Shown in pieces: positions 57,278 to 64,000 of a DNA stretch of 64,000 bases. Where the stretch lies: contig OZ244799.1 in the NCBI GenBank assembly GCA_965219955.1, positions 3,968,001-4,032,000 on the forward strand, read 5' to 3'. Positions within the stretch are counted from its first letter, which is position 1; the number at the start of each line of letters is the position of its first letter. The position numbers were made by a program, and so were the translations under genes. The stretch is from a bacterium. Lineage in GTDB: Bacteria; UBA8248. The notes under the pieces were generated by a model. It did not search any database and was not told where the DNA came from. It saw nothing but the letters and a program-made list of their open reading frames with translations.

Positions 57278-58992
57278 CAGGTGAGTCCCTCCACGTCCGT
57301 TTGCTTCGTAAGCCAGCGCACCAGCGCCACCGAACCCAGCGAGAGGATAACAATGATGAGCGAGAGAATGCATACATGCGAGAAGAGCCCCTCGTCGTAG
57401 AGCTGGATGAGAATTGTGCTGATCACCTCCTTGTTCGAACTGAACAGCATGATCGAGGCCGAGAGTTCGCGCATCATCGATACGAATAGAATGATCCAGC
57501 CGGCGACGATGCCCGGCATGGCCAGGGGCACGAGGATCTTCCAGAAGACGACGCCCCAGTTCGCGCCGCTCACGGCGGCGGCCCGTTCCAACTCCTCATG
57601 GATTTGCGTGATTGAATTCGAGACCGAACGCACGCCGAAGGGCAGGAAGCGCGTAATGTAGGCGATGAGGATAATCCACAGCGTGTGATACAGGTTGAAC
57701 GGTTCGCGGATGTAGGCCCAGAGCATCGCGATGGCGATGACCGCCCCCGGAATGGCCACCGGGATGAGCGCGAGAAAATCGAGCGTTCCCCGGCCCTTCC
57801 AGGTGCTGCGTACCACGAAGTAGGCGACCACGGCGGAGAGCGCGATGCCGATGGTCGCACCCATGAAACTCAGGAAAAGACTGTTCTGGATGGACCGGAG
57901 GATGACCGCGCCCCCGTCTCCGGTGATGATCTCATGCAGGTGGCCCAGCGTGAGGAATTCCAGGGTTGGCGGGCGGCCGCGGTTGGAGATGAACGTGCCG
58001 TAAATCAGCGTCAGCACCGGCAGGATCGCCGAAACCAGAAGGTAGAAGGAGGCGAAGGCCAGTGCGACGTATTTCCACGGGCCCAGCTCCACGAGCCTCG
58101 GCCGGAAGCTCTTGCCCGCGACCGTGGTGTATCTGGCGCTTCGCCCCAGCGCCCTTGTCTGGCCCCAGAGCGCCAGCCCGCAAACCAGCAGGATGGGGAT
58201 CGACATGGCGGCGGCGTGCGAGAAGTTCGGCGGGATGCCGAGCATCATGCGCCATAGCTGGGTCGAGAACACGTATATGCCGCCCGAGACGCCGATGGTC
58301 GCCGGTATGGCGAACACCTCCAGCGACTGGATGAACGTGAGCAGCGCGCCCGACAGGATGGCCGGCGCCGCCATGGGCAGCGTGATCCAGAGCGTCGTTT
58401 GCCACTGGTTCGCGCCGCTCACGTGGGCGGCGTTCTCCAGCGTCGGGTCCATGTTCTTGAACGCCGTGACCGTGAAGATGAACACGTAGGGCGCAAGCGA
58501 GAGCGCCATCACGAAGATGAGCCCGCCCATGGTGAAGATGTCGAACAGCGGTTCCTTGGTGCCGGCCAGCCACTTCCAGAACAGGTTCACGAAGCCGACG
58601 CGCGGCGTGCCGAGATAGGCCCATGCCACCGCCACCACCACGGGCGGCATGATGAAGGGCAGAATCGCGATCATGTTGATGTAGTTCTTGAGCGGCGTGT
58701 CGGTTCGTCCGACGATCCAGGCGAGGGGAACGCCGATAAGGACGGACAGGCTCGTGACCCCGACCGACATGACGGCGGTGTTCCACAACACCTCGCCCAT
58801 GTACTCTTCTTCGAAGATGGCGTAGTAGGCGTCGAGGGTAAATTCCGTGCTTATCGGGTCGGGCCGGAAGCTGCCCAGCACCAGCCAGTACAGCGGGTAG
58901 AGCACCACGAAGCCGATGACGAGAAGACATCCCCATTCGAGCACCCGAACAGTGCTCGGCAGCCTGAACATGGCGAACGAACGGGGACGCAT
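57277..58992 (-). CDS. ABC transporter permease, FbpB-like with two EAA repeats
   Basis: LENAAHVSGA and LERAAAVSGA EAA loops; many TM segments. Confidence 0.9.
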   Translation of the reverse strand: MRPRSFAMFRLPSTVRVLEWGCLLVIGFVVLYPLYWLVLGSFRPDPISTEFTLDAYYAIFEEEYMGEVLWNTAVMSVGVTSLSVLIGVPLAWIVGRTDTPLKNYINMIAILPFIMPPVVVAVAWAYLGTPRVGFVNLFWKWLAGTKEPLFDIFTMGGLIFVMALSLAPYVFIFTVTAFKNMDPTLENAAHVSGANQWQTTLWITLPMAAPAILSGALLTFIQSLEVFAIPATIGVSGGIYVFSTQLWRMMLGIPPNFSHAAAMSIPILLVCGLALWGQTRALGRSARYTTVAGKSFRPRLVELGPWKYVALAFASFYLLVSAILPVLTLIYGTFISNRGRPPTLEFLTLGHLHEIITGDGGAVILRSIQNSLFLSFMGATIGIALSAVVAYFVVRSTWKGRGTLDFLALIPVAIPGAVIAIAMLWAYIREPFNLYHTLWIILIAYITRFLPFGVRSVSNSITQIHEELERAAAVSGANWGVVFWKILVPLAMPGIVAGWIILFVSMMRELSASIMLFSSNKEVISTILIQLYDEGLFSHVCILSLIIVILSLGSVALVRWLTKQTDVEGLT

Positions 58993-59020
58993 CTCAGGTC
59001 ATCGACCGGTCAGAAGCCGG

Positions 59021-60031
59021 TTATTTCTTTCTCTTCGCGTCACGAATGTGCTTGGTCATGAACGCGCGGTATTTCTTCTGATCCTTGAACACCTTCTCCC
59101 AGTTCGCATACAGCGGCTTGAAGGGGAAAGGGATGCCCTTCACGTGCGGCACGTCCGAACGCGCGGAGTTGATCTTGACGTCCTGGGTGATGACCGTCTG
59201 GCCTTCCTTGGAGAGGATCCAGCGGTACACCCGCTCCGCGTTCTTGGGGTTCGGGCCGTCCTTCACCATGCCGAACGAGGCGGGGACGACCGGCGTGCCT
59301 TCGGCCATCTTGGCGATCTTGATCTTCGCGCCCTTGTTGATGCGCCGGATGGCGATGTATTCGAACACCATCGTCACGTCGCGCTCGCCCGTGGCGACGC
59401 GCTCGGTGGAAGCGCCCATGCGCGACTGCACCAGCGCGCCGTTATAGAGCAGGCCCTTGATGTATTCTTCGCCGAATCCATCCGCGCCGTAGAAGAAATC
59501 CCAGAGACCCGCGGACTGGAACGGGTCGACCAGCACGAGACGGTTCTTCCATTTGGGCTTGGTCAGTTCCGCAAAGCTCTTCGGCGCCTCGCCGGGCTTC
59601 ACGTTGTCGGTGTTGTAGATGACCTGCAGCGTCGGCGCGCGGAGGCCTACCCACTGGGCCTTTTCGTCCTTGCCCCAGGCCGGGAATTTCTTGGCCTCGG
59701 GGAATTGCGTCACGTTCTTCACGTAGCCTCTTTTGGCGAGGTCGTACCAGCCCGGCGTGTAGCTGAAGTGCAGCAGATCGATCTTGCCCTTGCCCACGCT
59801 GCGCTCGGCCACGAAACGCTGATACAAGCTCACGCCGCCGGCCGTGATGGACTGGACCTTGATGTCCGGGAATTTCTTTTCGATGCCCTTCACCAGCGTG
59901 GCCTGTGCGGCGGTGGTGAGCGAGGAGTAGAAGATGAGGTTGGCTTTTTGCGCCACGGCTGCGTGGGACGTGAACGCCACGAACCCGGCAATCAGCAAAA
60001 TCGCGAGAATCGACTTGATGGAACGTTTCAT
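59021..60031 (-). CDS. ABC substrate-binding protein (FbpA/AfuA-like family)
   Basis: Signal peptide, LIFYSS, IYNTD, PKSFAEL, GPNPKNA. Confidence 0.88.
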   Translation of the reverse strand: MKRSIKSILAILLIAGFVAFTSHAAVAQKANLIFYSSLTTAAQATLVKGIEKKFPDIKVQSITAGGVSLYQRFVAERSVGKGKIDLLHFSYTPGWYDLAKRGYVKNVTQFPEAKKFPAWGKDEKAQWVGLRAPTLQVIYNTDNVKPGEAPKSFAELTKPKWKNRLVLVDPFQSAGLWDFFYGADGFGEEYIKGLLYNGALVQSRMGASTERVATGERDVTMVFEYIAIRRINKGAKIKIAKMAEGTPVVPASFGMVKDGPNPKNAERVYRWILSKEGQTVITQDVKINSARSDVPHVKGIPFPFKPLYANWEKVFKDQKKYRAFMTKHIRDAKRKK

Positions 60032-60258
60032 ATTTGCCTCTCCTTTTACGGTGAAACGGATTTCCCAAGAACAAGTCTGACGAGAACTTGTTCGCTGCGA
60101 GTTTTTCCGACGCGGTTACGCCGCTCCCAAATTTTACGATTGAATTCATTAAAGCAGGTTCGGGGGGGTCGGGTCAAATCAACTCCAGGGGAGATGAGCG
60201 AGGCTGTACCGGACAAAAGATCCGTTGAATACTCCAACGAAGGAGGGTTGCCGGTTTT

Positions 60259-60286
60259 GTAGGAACAGGTCGCGACCTGTCACTAC
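60259..60286. repeat. GTAG-type REP palindrome
   Basis: GTAGGAACAGGTCGCGACCTGTCACTAC, two mismatches from the 39980 copy. Confidence 0.75.
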
Positions 60287-60336
60287 GGCCACGCAACGAC
60301 GTCATTCCCGGCCTCCCAAGGCCATTTCACCAACCC

Positions 60337-61755
60337 CTAAAGGTCGGGTTTTCTCTCCCGCCATTCGGGGGTTGCTTCCTCATACGCATGCCCGACCCGG
60401 AACCCGCGCGCCTCATCGCCGGGTCGGGTCGTAATTTGCATCGCCATGGGGAGTCCGTGGGCCGAATCGAAGCCCGTGGGCACCATCAGGCCGGGGAAGC
60501 CGAGGAAGCTCTGCACGCCCGTCAGGTTGCGCCCCAGGCCGATGAAATCCATCTCCTTTCCGTTCACGAGCGCGGTGGTCGTTTCGACGGGTGCCGCCAG
60601 GCAGGGATAGCCGGGCGAGAGCATGGCGTTGTAAGGCGCCATGAGGTCGAGCATCCTGCGGATAATCGCCTTGCGGCGGTTGATCGCGTCGATATAGGTC
60701 GCCAGCGTGGTTTTCTCTGCGTTGGCGATACGCTGTTGCAAGCGAAGCCCATAGCCATCCGGATCCGCGTGATAGCGCTCGCCGTGCACGCGGTAGAATT
60801 CCGCGTCCGCGATGGCGCGGCGGTGGGGGTTGATCTCCCCTGCGAAGGGGCAGGGGACTTCTTCGATCTCGGCGCCCAGCCCGCGCAGCACGTCGAGCGC
60901 CGCCTCGAACGCGCTCAGGATGGGCGCATCGATCTCGACGTCAATCAAATCTTGGGAGATCATGAATCGCATGCCGCCGACCCCCTTTTCCAGGTCGGCG
61001 GAAAAATCGGGCGTCTCCATATCGGCGGAGAAAGGGTCGGCATGGTCGTAGCCCGCAAGCGCCTGGAGCAGCAGAGCACAGTCGCGCACCGTCCGCGTCA
61101 GGGGTCCTACGTGGTCGAGACTCGTCGCATTCGGATAGACGCCGCGCAGGCTGATCCGCCCGTAGGTCGGCTTGAGACCCACCACGCCGCAAATCGCCGC
61201 CGGTCCCCGCACGGATCCGCCGGTGTCGGTTCCGAGCGTACCGGGCGCCATTCGCGCGGCGACCGCTGCGCCTGAGCCGCCGCTCGAGCCCGCCGGCACA
61301 CGGGAGACGTCCCAGGGGTTGCGGCACGCCCCGTGGTGGGGGTTCTTGGTCGCCGATTCGGCGGCGAACTCCGCCGTGTTGCACTTGCCGATCATGACGG
61401 CGCCGGCCTCCCGCAGCCGCCGGACGCATTCGGCGTCCTGCGCCGGCACGTTGTCGCGGAAAAAGCTGGACCCCTGCGTGGTGCGTACGCCCGCCGTGTC
61501 GATGATGTCCTTGACCCCGACCGGCACGCCGTGCAACGGCCCGCGAATCCTGCCTCCCATCATTTCGGTTTCAGCCGCCTTCGCCTCGGCGCGCGCGCGC
61601 TCATGCGCCACGGTGGTGAACGCGTTCAGGGCCGGGTTGAGGGCGTCGATCTGCGCCAGATGCGCGTCGGTCACCTCTACCGGGGATAATTCCCTTGCGG
61701 CGATTTTTTTCGAGAGCTCATCAATCGTGAGATCACAGATTTCGGTTGTGGACAC
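60337..61755 (-). CDS. Amidase signature family protein
   Basis: GPLHGVPVGVKD, GSSGGS, GTDTGGSVR, GLKPTYG; GTG start after AAGGA. Confidence 0.92.
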   Translation of the reverse strand: MSTTEICDLTIDELSKKIAARELSPVEVTDAHLAQIDALNPALNAFTTVAHERARAEAKAAETEMMGGRIRGPLHGVPVGVKDIIDTAGVRTTQGSSFFRDNVPAQDAECVRRLREAGAVMIGKCNTAEFAAESATKNPHHGACRNPWDVSRVPAGSSGGSGAAVAARMAPGTLGTDTGGSVRGPAAICGVVGLKPTYGRISLRGVYPNATSLDHVGPLTRTVRDCALLLQALAGYDHADPFSADMETPDFSADLEKGVGGMRFMISQDLIDVEIDAPILSAFEAALDVLRGLGAEIEEVPCPFAGEINPHRRAIADAEFYRVHGERYHADPDGYGLRLQQRIANAEKTTLATYIDAINRRKAIIRRMLDLMAPYNAMLSPGYPCLAAPVETTTALVNGKEMDFIGLGRNLTGVQSFLGFPGLMVPTGFDSAHGLPMAMQITTRPGDEARGFRVGHAYEEATPEWRERKPDL

Positions 61756-62040
61756 TTCCTTATCCTCGATTGCGTGTGGATAACCTGATGAGCGGGAAAT
61801 TCCGGTCTTCCGGCGATTCCCTGCGCCATGACTCGGATTGCGCATCTTAACAGGTTTCGGGAGTGGGGCTAAGGGTGTGGTACATTCGCCATTTTTCTGC
61901 TCGTGTGATCCGGCAGAAGAAACCCCCCGCGGTTCGGCGCACAGGCCGAAAGTGTTAGGATGATTTTTCGTTTCCATCAATCTTATAGAGAACGTCCCGG
62001 CGAAAACCGGGCGGCCTCATTATCAGCAAAGGAGCGCGTC

Positions 62041-63216
62041 ATGCCGGAAGCACCCGCCAACACCCGATGGTTCACCTATTTTCCCGAGGATTACCGCTGG
62101 TCCTCAGGCGTCGTGAACTGCCTCTCCGTGGCCCCCTGGGGCGGGGCCGACATCGGCGAGGTCGATCAGGTGGGCAGACGCCTCAGGAAAGACGTCGGAA
62201 ACGATGCGCTCTGGTTCCGCGAGTGGGTCCGCATGGCGAACAAGGTGCGCGATTTGGGATTAGCGGCGGAAGAGAACAACCACCGACTCAGCGCCGCCTA
62301 CCACCACAAGCGCGCCGCGATGTATTACCAGATAGGTGAGCGCTTCCGCACGCCCAAGGACAAGCGGGCGAAAGACGCCTACAAACTCGCTCTCGACAGC
62401 TTCCTGCGCTTCACGAAGCTGACCGACGCGCCCAGGATCGAGCGCGTGGAGGTGCCTTACGAGAACGGCGCGAGCCTGCCGGGATATTTCGTGCACGCGC
62501 AGAACACGAAAAAGGCCAAGCCCCCCGTCGTCGTTTATTTCGATGGTCTCGACATCACGAAGGAGATTCAGTACCTGCGCGGCGTTGAGGAATTCGTGCG
62601 GCGCGGTATGAGCTGTCTCGTCATGGACGGGCCGGGAACCGGGGAGGCCATCCGTTTCAGGGAACAATACCTCCGCCCCGACTATGAAGTTGCAGGCTCC
62701 GCCGCGCTTGATTACCTCGAGACGCGCGGAGACGTGAACGCCCGTAAGGCCGCCGTCATCGGCATCAGCCTGGGCGGTTACTACGCGCCCCGCATCGCCA
62801 GCATGGAGAGGCGCTACAAGGCGTGCGTCGCCTGGGGGGCGTGCTGGGATTACCACGCGACGTGGAAAAAGCGCGTCGCCGCTTCGATGCAGACGGAACT
62901 ATCCGTGCCGGGTCACCACATCCTGTGGATCTTCAACACGACGAATTTCGAGGACACCTTCAGGAAGCTCGAGGGTTTCCGGCTCGACGGCGTGGTGCAG
63001 AAGATGCGGTGTCCGTTCCTGCTCACCCACGGGATCGACGACAAGCAGGTGCCCACGCGCGACGCGAGAAAACTCTTTAACGCCGTGGGTTCGAAGGACA
63101 AGACACTTAAGATATTCACCGTGAAGGAGGGCGGTTCCCAGCACTGCCAGCGCGACAACCTCTCGCTCGGCGTCACCTACATCGCGGATTGGCTGATGGA
63201 AAAGCTAAGGCCCTGA
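62041..63216 (+). CDS. Alpha/beta hydrolase (2,6-dihydroxypseudooxynicotine hydrolase/FrsA-like)
   Basis: ERVEVPYE, GLDITKE, DGPGTGE, GISLGG, HGIDD, QHCQ; AAGGAG RBS. Confidence 0.87.
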   Translation: MPEAPANTRWFTYFPEDYRWSSGVVNCLSVAPWGGADIGEVDQVGRRLRKDVGNDALWFREWVRMANKVRDLGLAAEENNHRLSAAYHHKRAAMYYQIGERFRTPKDKRAKDAYKLALDSFLRFTKLTDAPRIERVEVPYENGASLPGYFVHAQNTKKAKPPVVVYFDGLDITKEIQYLRGVEEFVRRGMSCLVMDGPGTGEAIRFREQYLRPDYEVAGSAALDYLETRGDVNARKAAVIGISLGGYYAPRIASMERRYKACVAWGACWDYHATWKKRVAASMQTELSVPGHHILWIFNTTNFEDTFRKLEGFRLDGVVQKMRCPFLLTHGIDDKQVPTRDARKLFNAVGSKDKTLKIFTVKEGGSQHCQRDNLSLGVTYIADWLMEKLRP

Positions 63217-63375
63217 GAGTCAATTCCGAGCGATGCGGGAGAAGTAGACCATCCGCAGAATGAGGGTTCGCGGCTTTCGCAGAAGGTGGTTTCCGCCCCG
63301 AGAAGACGCTCTACCTCCTCCTTGAACCGGACGGGATATCGGAACCATCACCAACCCCGGCCTGCCAATTGAATA

Positions 63376-63405
63376 CCTGTCGGCCTTTCGGGGAAGGCCG
63401 ACAGG
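63376..63405. terminator. GC-rich stem-loop downstream of the hydrolase
   Basis: CCTGTCGGCCTT-TCGGGG-AAGGCCGACAGG 12-bp stem; no clear U tract. Confidence 0.4.
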
Positions 63406-63740
63406 CGGGAACCCGCTTCAAGAACTTATACCTCGTGGATCGTGTCGCAACCAGCCTGGACCACGAATCGACCATACTGCCTTCGGCCTGCCCGAAAAAT
63501 TACAAACGGCTTGATGACGTCCCCCGAACATGCTCCTTCCCATGAAGTCCTCGAAGCTCTCCACGTCGCCCATGCGCCGACTTTCGCGGTCTTTGAACTC
63601 ACCCTTTGCAATTTTATGGATTATATGAATAATAATATGAATTAGGTATGAATAATTCAGTTTTTACATGACTTCAGCACGAATTCTGCATCTTCCGGTA
63701 ACCGATCCGGCCAACCCCCCGCCGGAAGAGGGCAGATGCC

Positions 63741-64000
63741 ATGAGTAATCCTGACGACCGAGAAGTCACCGAGCAGGGACATGAGGCGCGCCATTCCGGT
63801 TTGGCTGCGGCGATGCTGCGCATCGGTGCGAGCCTCGATCTGGAGACCGTCCTCAACGAGGTGGTGGAAAGCGCCCGAGCGCTGACTGGCGCGCGTCACA
63901 GCATCATCTCCACCATCGACGAAACAGGCGCGCCCCAGAACTTCGTCTCCTCGGGCTTTACCGAAGAGGAACAGCGCAACATGGTCGAATGGCCCGACGG
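63741..64000 (+). CDS. GAF-domain sensor/signal transduction protein, 5' part only
   Basis: Manual translation MSNPDDREV...LRIGASLDLETVLNEVVESARALTGARHSIISTIDETG; open to the window end. Confidence 0.8.
   Translation, partial: MSNPDDREVTEQGHEARHSGLAAAMLRIGASLDLETVLNEVVESARALTGARHSIISTIDETGAPQNFVSSGFTEEEQRNMVEWPD

Noticed and set aside
60337-61755. gatA (Glu-tRNA amidotransferase subunit A)
   Set aside because: Generic amidase signature only; no gatB/gatC nearby; catabolic context

Overview
High-GC bacterial chromosome segment. The sup-type PKS, the many Liv/Fbp-type ABC systems and the palindromic repeats suggest a marine sponge symbiont, but this is inference only. Left to right: a branched-chain (Liv-type) ABC transporter with a fused permease; a metallo-beta-lactamase-fold protein with degenerate metal ligands; a B12-dependent acyl-CoA mutase operon carrying the Ile/Asp signature of 2-hydroxyisobutyryl-CoA mutase; an orphan solute-binding protein flanked by a duplicate of the mutase 3' end; an acyl-CoA ligase and an MFS transporter; an atypical periplasmic Nap-like molybdoenzyme cluster (diheme cytochrome c, two NapH-like and three NapG/F-like proteins, no napB/C/D); a sup-type PKS locus (KS-AT-DH-MT-ER-KR-ACP-KS-AT0, two free ACPs, PPTase, permease, hydrolase); a convergent operon of two tandem PhyH-fold Fe(II)/2OG enzymes plus a Rieske oxygenase; hydantoinase/oxoprolinase B and A; a decayed tyrosine recombinase; an ABM protein; a Gfo/Idh/MocA oxidoreductase; fhs; two cupins; an MmgE/PrpD protein with an ABC transporter and amidase; an alpha/beta hydrolase; and the start of a GAF sensor. 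Intergenic regions hold REP-like palindromes and small MITE-like elements. The best candidate for an undescribed system is the pair of PhyH-fold enzymes, both of which carry the halogenase-type HxG...H iron motif, together with the Rieske oxygenase beside the sup PKS. No rRNA, tRNA or CRISPR array was seen.
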